Assembly (NCBI RefSeq): GCF_964204645.1
Contig: NC_134034.1
Span: 372,001 to 436,000 of the forward strand
DNA length: 64,000 nucleotides
From: Tubulanus polymorphus
Lineage: Eukaryota > Animalia > Nemertea
Reading direction: 5' to 3'
Below the pieces are notes generated by a model. The model saw only the letters and a program-made list of their open reading frames with translations. It was not told the DNA's origin and ran no database searches. Made by a program: the position numbers and the translations under genes. Shown piece after piece: positions 1 through 13,210 of this stretch. How positions within the stretch are numbered: position 1 is the first letter of the stretch; every line of letters starts with the position of its first letter.

Positions 1-36
1 ACTTGATTACAGATAGATTTCATCCAGCGAAGTGTT

Positions 37-3000
37 TCACATTCTACTCGGATTTCCCGGACCTCGGCTTCTAAGTGTGTTAGAACTACAGATCGAGCAG
101 GAATCCTTAAAATAGTGAAAACCACCGATATCATCGCAACAATCCGACTCGGAAATCGGAATATAAAAACTACAGTAAAAACCTCACTTACCTGGGACTC
201 TGTCGGTACACATTCTTCATGGAACGAATGTTTACAAAAGAATGTGATCACATTGCTCGCAAATCGTAAATCTGAAAATTAAAAGTCAAGGTTTTCAGCG
301 ACATTTTTTGAATCCCCAAAAATCGTACCATACCAATTCAGGGAGATCAGTGACGGGCTCACATTTCATATGCTTGCATCTTTGGGGCAAAAAGGGGTCA
401 ATAATTAGACTCTCTCTTGTTTTAATACGCATTAGCAGGCTTTAAAATGTGCTAAATTCTGCTTACACTTTTAGTCTTACATCTCACACGTGTAAAAGAC
501 CCACAAAATATTGAAGATTTAACAACGAAACTCTGTATCGCTGACGTTTCAGTTAGAATATTTCATTTCAAATAAATCTCTTGAAGATGGAAGGAAAACT
601 GAAACATTATCAGTTAAATGATGAACGAAATGAGGATAATTGATGATTAAATACTGTTTCAAAACTTCGTCATCGGAGCTAAACAAAAATTACATTATAA
701 CGATATTAAGTAATGATCTGATTTTTTAGTTTGAAACTATCAGAAAATAAAACGCCATCAACTGTGGTTTTCGATACTGAGTCTAAAATCAGGATTCATC
801 GGTGTCACAGATATTCATTGTTTGATCTTCACTATAATGCGGATCAGTGACGCGGACTGCGATCAGTCTCACCTCTAACTATTATTTCTCCCTGGCAGAC
901 GTCGCACACTTGACTTTCTTCGACGCGAATTCCACGTTTTTGAGTTTTTATCGATTTTTCCAACAACAGATAACAATCGGAGACGAGGATTTTCTTACAA
1001 CCGGCTCTTAACGCAATCTACAACACAATCATCTTACACATCGATCGTCACAAACATCTAATAACTAATATCAATCATTATGATGTCATAGGGGGATTTA
1101 TGGAAGCAGACATCTTTCTAGAAGTGTCTATAGATCAAATCACCACTAGACAAATTGATGATGTCATAGGGGGATTTATGGAGGCAGACATCTTTTCTAG
1201 AAGTGTCTTTGAATCAAATCACTAGTAGACAATTTGATGATGTCATAGGGGGATTTATGGAGGCAGACATCTTTTCTAGAAGTGTCTATAGATCAAATTA
1301 CTAGTAGGCAATTTGATGATGTCATAGGGGGATATATGAAAGTCGCCATGTAGTTTTATGATTTACCTGTAGGTTGAAATCTTGCATGATTTTCACGAGT
1401 GAATCTCGTAATCCAGGAATCTCCATCCCAGCCGGAATCCTGCGTATTAGATGTATAGGATCCACGTGCGTTCCGATATTATTCAATAAACTCGTAATGA
1501 ATTCTGCAACACAAATTCAAATCATCGAATATCAGATTTTATTTCAACAAGTTTACAAACTAGAAGTAAATAGTCGGACACCAGACGGCCTAATTCATGA
1601 AAAATTGCTTGAAAAATTATTAATACTGCCCTCCCTCTCATCTAGCACCCTCCTATCCCTCAGCCCCCTCTCTCCTCTCCCCTAGCCCTCCCATCTCTAC
1701 TCTCACCTAGCCCCCTCTCTCCCCCACACGCCCTCTCTCCTCTCCTATTTTTACCGAGGGGATTTTTACCGCTAACCCCTCCCTCTCTCCTCACAATACT
1801 TACTCGGTTTATCGATAGAATAATCGATTAAATCCTTCCACAAATCGATATCGTCATGTTCCTTACAGAAATCAATAGCACGATCGACATCCTGTAATTC
1901 ATTAGTGATCAGTTCTAAAGCTTGTTTAGTGTTTCCCATTCGACCTGAAAATCACATCAAACAACTATTCGTCAGACACTGGCAACAAAATCTATCGGAT
2001 TCTAGAATATTTCGGAGGCAGTTAGACTAAGAGTGAATATTTTGGAGGCAGTAACAGTAAGAGTATAGTCTGAATACCAGACATCGTTACAGTGTGGCAA
2101 TATACTACACCAGAGAATTGTTTGGACTCTGATTCTTTCCCTGAATTCACACCGTAATGAAACAACCAAATATTCACTTATATTGAATAGATCTATGAAT
2201 TCCTATACAATTCCTTAATACTAGTTCATAAGTTTTATCCTTCAGGCATAAACCCACTGGATCTAGGGGCTGGAGGTATTTTGGACACATATGAGGGTAT
2301 TCTGGGTGGTGGAATTCTGGGCGTGGGATATTTGGGTGGAGGTATTTTGGGCGGAGGTATATGATCCCGATTTAAATAATTTTGATGTTTGCATAGATCA
2401 TAAAGTATTACATTTTATCTGAACTACTGTATTACAGTCTATCATTTTACTGGATACTAAAACACCTTTCTAGTCAATATATACCACACCCACTAGCAAC
2501 AGGTCACTGTGTACAGCAGCTAGAGACCACATGTGACATGTGCATGTGACACTAGCCAGCATTACATGACCATCTGTGACATCACATCCCCAGCCGGTCA
2601 ACCACTAACCCTAACCCTAGGTCACATGACCATCTGTGACATCACATCCCCTGCCAGCCAACCACTAACCCTAACCCTAGGTCACATGACCAGCAGTGAC
2701 ATCACATCCCCTGCCAGCCAACCACTAACCCTAACCCTAGGTCACATGACCAGCAGTGACATCACATCCCCTGCCAGTCAATCACTAACCCTAACCCTAG
2801 GTCACATGTGACAGGCACTAGCCAGCCAATCACAGACAAGCTCTTGACCACCTGACCACATGTGACATGTAAACAGATCTCATCTTTGACATGACACAGT
2901 TGAGAGGAGCGTGCATGTTTACAGCTGTCTGTCTGTCTGTCTGTCAGCTGTCTGTCTGTCTGGTCTGAACTCCATTCAATTAGTTGACATAGATTTACAG

Positions 3001-6000
3001 CCAATGAAAACAAATACAGAACAAGTTACTGTTAGATCTGGACAAAGAACAAAGTACTGTTTCATCAGATCAGCTCTCTCATCTCCTATCAATAAAATGT
3101 TCAAATCGTTTTTAACCATAAATAAGTAATTAAGCCATCTCTGTTTGTTAAATCGACAGAACAACACAGAACAACGTTACTGAAATCTCTGTTTGGGAGT
3201 TTTATTGATTTTCACCACACCCGTCCCCTACCTAGAGAAACAGAAAATTGTGTTTTTACCTAAAAGGAAGACCATTTCCGGAATGAGAGTTCTGCGTCTG
3301 CATTCGTCGAGAGCTTTCTGTAACGGCAGGTAATTACTGCTTCTCAGGAACGGTAACAGTTTCTTATAGTCGTACTCGGCGTACAGCGCCACCTGGATCC
3401 CGTGATACTGCTGTCCGACGTGTGGATCTTTAGTGAACAACGCATCCAGATACTAGACAATACAATACAGAAATGTGAAACTCTGAATACAGCAACGGTT
3501 TCTGAGACCACCAACATACGCCCCCTATTGTGCAGAAACAGCACCCCGAAATACTCACCACATGCAACAGCTCTGAATAATCTCTCAACTGATCAACTAC
3601 TTTTTCAATCTGTTGAAATAAGAAAATAGATCTGAAATGAAGATCTGAAATGGGTGGCTCCAAGCTGCAGATTGTCTGAAGGGCTGCAGTTCCATGGCAG
3701 ATTGTCTGAAGGGGTGCAGGTTACAGGCCGCAGATTGTCTGAAGGGCTGCAGATTACAGGCCGCAGATTGTCTGAAGGGGTGCAGGTTACAGGCTGCAGA
3801 TTGTTCGAAGGGGTGCAGGTTACAGATTGTCTGAAGGGGTGCAGGTTACAGGCTGCAGATTGTCTGAAGGCTGCAGGTTACAGATTGTCTGAAGGGGTGC
3901 AGGTTACAGATTGTCTGAAGGGGTGCAGGTTACAGGCTGCAGATTGTCTGAAGGCTGCAGGTTACAGATTGTCTGAAGGGGTGCAGGTTACAGATTGTCT
4001 GAAGGGCTGCAGGTTACAGGCTGTAGATTGTCTGAAGGGGTGCAGGTTACAGGTTGTAGATTGACACCTGAAATAACTTTTCAACTTACTGGAACTTTGT
4101 CAATGTTATCGATGAAGAGTTGAACTGCTTTCTCTTTATCAAATCTCATCAGTTTCACAATTTTATCACTGATCGAATCAAATAAATTGTGTTTATGAAT
4201 TAAATCAAACGCGTTCTCGTTTTTCAACCTGAAAAGAAATCCACGAATTTGTTAAATAATCCAATCGACTTTCAAAGCGGTGTTTTTAATAGATGAGTTA
4301 CTGTTAGAAATGGTGTTTTCAATAGATGAGGAGTTACTGTTAGAAATGGTGTTTTCAATAGATGAGGAGTTACTGTTAGAAATGGTGTTATCAATAGATG
4401 AGGAGTTACTGTTAGAAATGGTGTTTTTAATAGATGAGGAGTTACTGTTAGAAATGGTGTTTTCAATAGATGAGGAGTTACTGTTAGAAATGGTGTTTTC
4501 AATAGATGAGGAGTTACTGTTAGAAATGTACTTCGTTTTCCAATAGATATAAAAATATGGTACAAATCCGTTTTTATGGTGAATACAGTTTTTGCTGAAA
4601 CTGTAAGATTTCTGCGAAGCACTTAATTTGGAATCGACAATTTCTTACCTTAAATACGTAGATAAAGCCTTCTCGTACTGCATATCAGCGACATACCTGA
4701 AATAAATCTAAATCTTAATTCTGCATCTTGTTGTAAAATAACGATAGTTGTTTGCTGCGTAATTTCACTTACAATTCAGCGAGGCATTGATGTAAAATTG
4801 CGTCTTCGTTTCGAGATTTATTCAGTTTATCGACAACCGCATAAATTACGCTCTTTATATTGTACAAATTCGTCGGCCATTCTTCGATCAAATTCTCGAA
4901 ACCCTGTGAAAATATGATGTCATAGGGGGATATATCAAATCACTGGTACTCGGTAGGTTACTAAATGATATCATAGGGGGATAATGTAGGCAGACATCTT
5001 TTCTAGAAGTGTCTATAGATCGAATAACTAGTAGACAATGATGTCATAGGGGGATTTATGGATGCAGCCATCTTTTCTTAGAAGTGTCTATAGAACAAAT
5101 CACTAGCAGACAATTTGATGATGTCATAGGGGGATTTATGGAGGCAGACATCTTTTCTAGAAGTGTCTATAGATCAAATCACTAGTAGACAATTTGATGA
5201 TGTCATAGGGGGATTCAAGGATGTAGCCATCTTTTCTAGAAGTGTCTATAGATTAAGGATATTTTTAGAGTGTGTTTGTCATCACTTACTTTTTCATCAG
5301 TTTGTAGAAATTCATTGAGAACCATTTCGTAAACTGCTGGATCTAATTTCGGATTTGATTTGGGTAGAAATGGTGCAATTGCCTAAAAACAAAGAAACAT
5401 GAAACATACTCAACTGTGACTATAAAACCGGGCACGATCAGGGTTCAGTTTCAGGAAAATGTTTGAGCTTAAAACAGGTAAGTTTGAATCGACGTGGACA
5501 ATAAAAACATTGAGAACGTTACCAACAGATAATAAACCCAACAATTTGAGTTAAACTTTTAGTCAAACCATGCTCCGGTTGGGCCTGATGGTAATTTGAT
5601 GATGTCATAGGGCAATTTATAAAGACATCATTTCTAGAAAAGTCTTTAGATCAAATCAGTGTATTGATGATGTCAAAGGGGGATCTATGAAGGCAGACAT
5701 CTTTTTTAGGAGGTCATATAGATCAAATCACTAGTAGATGATGTCATAGGGGGATTTGTAGAAATAGACATCTTTCTAGAAGTGTCGTATAGATGAAATA
5801 CCTTAAGCTGATGGATATGAGCGAATTTATAAACCTCTTCCTCCCACAGTTGTCGATTGTTACCCAGAACTCGACGACACAATTTTCCGCCCTCGTCGTA
5901 TTTTTTCTCTTGTAGCAAATAATCCAAATAAAGTCGACCGATTTCCTGAATGTTGTGATATTTTAATTGTTTGCTGTGTTCGGTCGCCGCATTCATCGCG

Positions 6001-9000
6001 TCCTACAAATTATCATTTACAAAACTATTTCAACAGGGATTTCTCACGAGGATGTTTTTGGGGTTTAACAGCTTTAGACCCGGTTCAACAGTTGCGAGTT
6101 GAGATTTGAGTATCAATATTTTAACTCTCAAACTGCCGTTCCAGTAAAATATTAACTAAAATGTAGTTATTTCTGGTTTGACTGAGTCAACTTTTTCTAA
6201 TAGCTGTGGATATCTGTTGTACCGGGTCTAGACTGTCGCGTCTCGGGCCCCCGGTTACCGGGCAGGTCCAGACTGTCGCGTCTCGGGCCCCCGGTTACCG
6301 GGCGGGTCTAGACTGTCGCGTCTCGGGCCCCCGGTTACTGGGCAGGTCCAGACTGTTGCGTCTCATGCCCTGGTTAACCAATTGTCATTCATACGTACTT
6401 CAAATTTATGATGTTCGAGTAGCCAAGCGATATGGTCGTCGTGATCGCGTATCTTAGCAACGGCGATATCCTGCGGGCTAACAATGAAAAACAGTTTGTC
6501 TTCGACCAACGATTCTACAATAGAAAACAATTCAAAAATATTCCGAACCGAAATTCAAATTTTGAATATTTCCGTGAGCTGCTGCTGCTATTGTTGTTGT
6601 TGTTACCGAGGTGATAATCATTACAGCGATATAAATTGAATCCTCGAATCGATAGCGCGTCGTTTGATAATTCCTCGTAACTAACGATCTCCGGAGCGAG
6701 GATACGCAGATGAGGACGAGGAGACGAGTTATCCTCCGTCGGAGTATCAGACGTTGACGTCTGCAAAATCAACAAAAACAAAAACTGTTTCTAAATTTTG
6801 AAGAATATTATGAATTTTTGTTGTTAGCCCGGATTGAATTGAATAGTTACTCGTTCTGTTTCGTCGTAGGTAAGAGCTAGTATATTATCATTCAACGGCG
6901 CCAGACCACACACGTAGAAATCTGTCTTAAATTGAGAAACTGAAAAACAAGAAACAGTTGAAAAAATCAATCATTTCTCTACCACATCTTCTAAAATTCA
7001 TTATCAGGCATTCCTTATTTACCAATTTCAACATTTTGACTGCAGGGAGAGGTGTTGGGGAGGGGGAGGTGTTTAGGGGGAGGAGAGATGTGTTTAGGGG
7101 ATGGGAGATGTGTTTAGGGGAGGAGAGAGGTGTTTAGGGGGATGGGAGAGGTGTTTAGGGGAGGAGAGAGGTGTTTAGGGGGATGGGAGAGGTGTTTAGG
7201 GGGATGGTAGAGGTGTTTAGGGGGATGGGAGAGGTTTTTAGGGGGATGGTAAGGGTGTGAGAGGGAGGAGAGAGTATCAAGGGGGTGGGGGAGTTGTTGA
7301 GGAGAGGGGGAGATGTTGGAGGGGATATTGTTATTTACCTATCTCTACGTATCGACTTGGTAAATCTTGAATCGTATTTGCCTGATCTTTAATTACGCAC
7401 GTTTTAATTCCGTCCGCCCAACCGATCATAAACGTACGGTCGTCTTTCCAACAAATATTACAACGATATAACTCAGCTCTTAAACTGAAATATCAACGAT
7501 ATAACTCAGCTCTTAAACTGAAATATCAACGATATAACTCAGCTCTTAAACTGAAATATCAAAGATATAACTCAGCTCTTAAACTGAAATATCAACGATA
7601 TAACTCAGCTCTTAAACTGAAATATCAAAGATATAACTCAGCTCTTAAACTGAAATATCAACGATATAACTCAGCTCTTAAACTGAAATATCAACGATAT
7701 AACTCAGCTCTTAAACTGAAATATCAAAGATAGAACTCAGCTCTTAAACTGAAATATCAACGATACAACTCAGCTCTTAAACTGAAATATCAACCATTGA
7801 GAAGCATTTGAAGGAGTCAGGAAACAGTAAAGCTGGCAGCTTGTGAGTTGCCCAGTATTTCATACCTAGGATGATGATCCCTCGGAATGTTAGTGATCCT
7901 TTTATTTGTGCTTACATCAAAAACTTTAACCCCCTAAAAAAAACCAAAAAATAAGCAAAAATGATTATAGACAGTTCTGGACGCAGTTCCACAGTTCTGG
8001 ATATATATTCATACCAAATCATTTGCCCACGCGATGAAACAAGACCGCCATTTGATCGTACGTATCGGTCCCTCCCCCTGGTGGATGACTTGTGACTTAT
8101 AACGATTGAATAAACCTTTTTCTTGATGAATCAACTGAAAAATAAATCGATACATTTACATCACATCAAAACCGGTCTCCATTTTCTGGACAAGCCCGTT
8201 TATAGACAAGACCGGTCTCCATTTTCTGGACTAGCTGGTTTATAGACTTACCTTCTCATGGCCGGAAACGAACTGACGTCCACTTCCAGATTGGTAGAAG
8301 TTTGGCGCGATCGCGACGGCGCGGACCGGCCGGTCGTAAGATTCTCGATAGTTCAGTTCGTTACCGTAGAGACCGGTTATAACTACCTGCATAGAAATAG
8401 CGACAACTGTTGCTACATTTATTATAAAGTTGGTTAATGGCGGATAAATACCAGAGTAACAATGAATTTATAATTCAATGTTACTATGTCAACTATCCAG
8501 GGATTAAATCATGTGAAACTGAAGCCATTTTTCTCTAAATTTTTGGCATTTTTCCCGTTTATTTAAACCACTGGTGTTAGATTTAATAATTTGAATTCAA
8601 CATTTTGTTCCATATCAAAAACTTGTATCGTCTTTGAGCCAGTTTTAACGAGCAAATCAACCGATCGATTACAATGAATAATTAGTCGATTGTCGAACTC
8701 TGAGTTGAGAATCACTGCTAATTGCGTAATTATCAATTAAGGTAATTAGTGACAAGTCGTCAGAAGCTGAGATGCCCCCTCCGAACAGATACTCCGTGTG
8801 TCACTTGCCAAATCATTAGTTATAAAATCTAGACGTGATTTTTCAACCAGTATCAAATTGATTCACAGCAACTGAGAACTAACACCATGGATTACGAAAC
8901 AGTCGTCGAAAACTTCTTCGAAATCGAGAAACGCTTTCAAGCGGCGTGCGAGAGAATTATCGTCATCGACGAAAGACTATCGCGTCTCGACGTTCAACTG

Positions 9001-9460
9001 AACAGAGCCGAGAACGACGTTCACTGCCCGCGTTCAAACCTTGTTAATCGTAAAATACAGATCTCGACGCTCGAAGGAGTTCGATTCGTTTATTATGAAT
9101 ACGCGCGCAGAAAAGCGGCCGAAATGAACGAACTACGAGAGATTTGTTTCATCACCGAGCAACAACAACAACAGACGTCGTTGGATGAAGATTATTATTG
9201 ATTATTTCAGCAGCAGACAATGTTGGATGAAGATTATTGATTAGTTCTACGGACAGTCCTTTTCAGGACCCCCTAAAACTACCAGTTAGACCCGGTCTAC
9301 ACTTATTCCGCTTTAAACCAATATTTGTTTCAAATTAATGCTTAAAACATTGTCAAACATTCTTTCTAAAGGAATATATCTCTAATGATGTAAGTAGTGC
9401 GAGTTTGTTTTTGATGAATTTCTAGCATCTGATCATCGAGCAGCAGCGGCGGCGGCGGCG

Positions 9461-9491
<31 letters not shown>

Positions 9492-10837
9492 TGTTTGTAC
9501 TTACATTACCATCGTCCGAACAACTCGCTAAATAATCACCATTATCATCAATGCTGATCTGATTTACTGCAGTCGTGTGCTACAAAATATACAGCATTTA
9601 AATCACGTCATAGGGGGATTTATCGAAGCAGAGACATCTTTACTGGGAGCATCAATACATCAAGTCTGTATTCGGAGATTTGATGTCATAGGAGGATTTG
9701 TGGGAGCAGTCATCATTTTTAGAAGTGTCTACAGATCAAATCACTAGTAGACAATTTGATGATGTCATAGGGGGATTTATGGAAGCAGACATCTCTTCTG
9801 GAAGTGTCTATAGATCAAATCACTGGTAGACAATTTGATGATGTCATAGGGGGATTTATGGAGGCAGACATCTTTTCTAGAAGGGTCTATAGATCAAATT
9901 ACTAGTAGACAATTTGGTGATGTCATAGGGTGATTCATGGAGGCAGATATTTCAATACTTACAGCTGATATTTCTTTGTCTCGTATATTGTAACCCATAT
10001 GGTCTAATATATGTATCATACCCCAGTGAGTTCCTAGTGCTAAAAACTACAAACACAATCACATCATTAGAAGACGATCTATTGATTAAATCTGGAGGAA
10101 TTCAAGTCTGAATAGAATTGAGTAAATACCTTTAAATGAACGGCTATACAACTAGCACTGTCACGGTCTAATATCGGTTGAACATCGTTACCGATCCGGT
10201 CGTATTTCAGTGTCGGTTCTTCATCCTAATTATTGAAATAAAATATTCATTCTCAATTCATTAAGAGTTACGAGTAGTTAGTTACCTAATCGTTGGTGGT
10301 AAGCTTTCATAATTATGTGGGCTTATGTGAAAATATCCGATTGTGAAACTAAATCATGGACAGGCTACTGGCTACAGTAGGGTTTACTTCAGACCGAAGC
10401 ATCTAGGGTTAGCATCGAAAATAAAAATTTCTTAAATTTATGTTCTAGATTGAGTTGATCTTTAATACAACATATCGTTACCTCTTCTTCTTCCTCTTCT
10501 GTAGTTGAGGTTTCCTCGTCATCATCGCCTTCTTTGGAATCGTCGTCGACGTCATCGTTTTCCGATTCGTCCTGAAAATAATCGTCAAACAATCGAGATT
10601 ATCGAATAATAATCGTCGAAAGGTCGCCGCACAGACTAACCGATCAGTTCCGTACAACTCATAATTCTGCGATTTCTGGAAATTTTCGGGTCGCAAACAA
10701 TTCAAAAATCATTTCACGGAACTTGCGCTGAATAGAACTTCGTATTTCAGAAGTTTGTCACTAAATAAAACCGTTTATTTTCGCACCTTTTCCGATTGAA
10801 ATTCACTAGAAATTGAATTTACTTCCTGGTTCGCCAT
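37..10837 (-). CDS. VPS41: Vacuolar protein sorting 41 (HOPS subunit), multi-exon, complete
   Basis: Exon 1 MANQE (ATG at 10837, donor gtaaat), acidic exon 2, then EEPTLKYDRIGND..SASCIAVH, FLALGTH, HTTAVNQISIDDNGDYLASCSDDG, LSIRGFNLYRCNDYHL, WEEEVYKF, YAEYDYKKLLPFLRSSNYLPLQKAL, GTHVDPIHLIRRIPAGMEIPGLRDSL, and RING-H2 FFCKHSFHEEC. Last exon 37-105 reads DSCSICSSNTLRSRGPGNPSRM*. GT-AG introns. Confidence 0.95.
1081..1345 (+). repeat. About 79-bp dispersed satellite array (TGATGATGTCATAGGGGGATTTATGGAGGCAGACATCTTTTCTAGAAGTGTCTATAGATCAAATCACTAGTAGACAATT)
   Basis: About 3 tandem units. Same family at 4915-5255, 5595-5795, 9606-9950, 20415-20585 (rev), 22229-22410 and 24310-24523 (rev). Confidence 0.9.
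2566..2808. repeat. 60-bp tandem repeat x4 containing TAACCCTAACCCTA
   Basis: Directly visible, period 60. Confidence 0.95.
3666..4062. repeat. Minisatellite GCAGATTGTCTGAAGGGGTGCAGGTTACAG variants
   Basis: Tandem units of about 23-33 bp. Confidence 0.9.
4280..4528. repeat. 36-bp tandem repeat x7
   Basis: AATAGATGAGGAGTTACTGTTAGAAATGGTGTTTTC. Confidence 0.95.
4915..5255 (+). repeat. 79-bp satellite family array
   Basis: Four to five units. Confidence 0.9.
6220..6378. repeat. 40-bp GC-rich tandem repeat x4
   Basis: AGACTGTCGCGTCTCGGGCCCCCGGTTACCGGGCAGGTCC. Confidence 0.9.
7462..7793. repeat. 33-bp tandem repeat x10 spanning a VPS41 splice acceptor
   Basis: The minus-strand unit is TTGATATTTCAG|TTTAAGAGCTGAGTTATATCG. 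Confidence 0.95.
8821..8852 (+). promoter_or_regulatory. TATA box plus initiator-like element of the nested gene
   Basis: TATAAAA at 8821, pyrimidine-CAGT at about 8847-8851, ATG at 8887. Confidence 0.55.
8887..9201 (+). CDS. Intronless 104-aa uncharacterised coiled-coil protein nested antisense in a VPS41 intron (8387-9504)
   Basis: Clean non-repetitive ORF with good Kozak context (ACACCATGG). TATAAAA at 8821-8827 and an Inr-like CCAGT about 26 nt downstream. Amphipathic helical sequence ending ..STLEGVRFVYYEYARRKAAEM. Confidence 0.75.
   Translation: MDYETVVENFFEIEKRFQAACERIIVIDERLSRLDVQLNRAENDVHCPRSNLVNRKIQISTLEGVRFVYYEYARRKAAEMNELREICFITEQQQQQTSLDEDYY
9606..9950 (+). repeat. 79-bp satellite family array
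   Basis: Four to five units. Confidence 0.9.
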
Positions 10838-12691
10838 TTTTGAAACGCTAGATGGCGTTAGCATAGGGCATATTCGATTAACTTACTGTTTAAATACTAT
10901 ATACCCCACCAGGGATTTTTTTCCCGTTATTCAATATTTTCAGATTCAATCGAGATCTTTTAAAAGATTTCCGATGTAAATTCTCATTTTTATGGTTAAA
11001 TAGAAGATGAAGATTTTTGGATCGTCTTGGGTTTAGAGAATGAGTCAATAAAATAGACCCTCAGTTCACGAAAAATAGCTCGTCATAAATCAACATATTT
11101 CTGATCGATTTATTCATTTCAAACCCGAGAATTTCACTTTTTCCATTAAGAAATTTACAAATCTAAACGTCGCATGTTTCATCTTTTTTTGATACATCAT
11201 TTTAGTCACGTCATTTACCTTAAGAACGAAGGCGAATGAATACAGCCCTTGAGGGGGAACGTGTCAACATAAATTTATTACTAAATTTTTAAAAGTGAAT
11301 TTTGACAATAAACTTGAGCACATTTCCTCCAAAATTGCTCTTATAAGTTATACTTTAATAATGTAAATGCTACGTATGAACATTTATTTAAAATACAAAT
11401 AAAACGGCACTTTCGAAGCGGCCGTCGGTTATTAAACGGTCCCCTTCTCGTAAACAATTGCGGATTGAAGAAAGATACGGGTAAATTTGAGCATCTTTTC
11501 TCTTTAATTCTTCGAATTTATCGACGATTTTCGATTTAACGTTCGTTTATCGTTTTTGACGGGTATTTTATCGTCCCGTGCGCTCGTCTGGTCGGTCTGT
11601 AATCCACGAATTGTTAGCCTAATCAAGGCGATTAGCATAATTTATTTTCAGCTATGCTTCGCTTCCCAGGCATTTTATATGCATTCTGCTTCGCCCTATG
11701 TCGTTGTACTAAACACTAAAACCACCGTTCAATAATAACTTTATTTACAGATTACGAAGCTGAGAATATTGAAAATTTCCTGCTTGCACCAGCAGATGAA
11801 ACAAACTCTCCAATAAGGCTGTGTCCTCCGTTTAATCAAGAGAAAGGTATTTAAAGATAATGCATGTGTGATTTGTGTCTATGGTAAACATATTCCAATT
11901 AATGTTCACTTGTATATACTTTATTTATCATAATTTATAATATAATGATGATATAAATAAGAACAGACTCGAACAATCGACGCAGGCAGAGCTAAGGGTT
12001 TTCTGAGGGTTATCCAGCTACTCTGTCACACCTGATCAGCAAATTCTTTTTGCATGAAATAATAAGATGATTAATATTCAGATTAATATTGTGTGAAGCT
12101 TTGTGTGAATTGTATTAGAGGGCTCGGTCAATAGAGTGAGGACATTTTGTATAGACAGCGATCTCAAGTGGGACAGGGCCATAATTTGGTAGATTAGCAT
12201 AAATTATTCGTTTTTAATACATAGGACGCTCCCATTTGGGGGATAATTAGATATACATTATTTGACACTCCAGAAATGTTGATATGTTATTAATTATAAA
12301 TAGACCTTTTATAGCTCGATGAACTTAGGTGTTTTTGTGTCTGACAATTTATTGATCAAATTCACGCTTTGAATCAAATCAAATTCAGGAATCTCGCAAT
12401 TTTATATTTGATGAATGATCAGGTTTATATTTAATCAGGAATGATATTGATTTAGAAAACAAACCTCTAAATCTAAATGTATTGCAGTGTCAGGGTTTTT
12501 GTTGAATTGATTTTTAAGGGTGATTTTTTATCTCAACCATGAAGGTTTTTTTATTAGTGAAAGATCAATTTTTATGGCTATTTTTATCTTGAAGAATCAG
12601 GAATGAATTATTTCTTCCTTGTAATTTGTGAAATTTATTTTGTGAAGATTTTTAATATTTTCATGTGCAAATTAATTTGGGACAGCAGCAC

Positions 12692-13210
12692 CTAGTTCCA
12701 CTATTCTGGATCCAGTTCCACTATTCTGAACCTAGTTCCACTATTCTGGATCCAGTTCCACAGTTCTGGATACAGTTCCACAGTTCTGAACCCAGTTCCA
12801 CAGTTCTGAACCCAGTTCCACTGTTCAGAACCCAGTTTCACAGTTCTGGATCCAGTTCCACAGTTCTGAACCCAGTTTCACAATTCTGAACCCAGTTCCA
12901 CAGTACTGGGATGCAGTTCCACAGTTCTGAACCCAGTTCCACAGTTCTGGATGCAGTTCCACAGTACTGGATGCAGTTCCACAGTACTGGGATGCAGTTC
13001 CACAGTTCTGAACCCAGTTCCACAGTTCTGGATGCAGTTCCACAGTTCTGGATGCAGTTCCACAGTTCTGGGCTACAGTTCCACAGTTCAGAACCCAGTT
13101 CCACAGTTCTGCATCCAGTTCCACAGTACTGGATGCAGTTCCACAGTTCTGGATGCAGTTCCACAGTACTGGAATACAGTTCCACAGTTCTGGATGCGGT
13201 TCCACGGAAC
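12692..13210. repeat. 19-20-bp CCAGTTCCACAGTTCTGGA minisatellite family
   Basis: Related arrays at 34566-34930, 53745-54066, 57962-58230 and 58320-58492, plus scattered single units. Confidence 0.9.

Noticed and set aside
1081-1345. 79-bp repeat as a snoRNA array (contains TGATGA)
   Set aside because: No D box at a suitable distance, no recognisable rRNA complement, and mostly antisense to the host genes.
7023-7039. 17-nt microexon-like segment in VPS41 (cag|...|gtaaat)
   Set aside because: It would shift the frame, and the flanking exons already join in frame. There is no other support.
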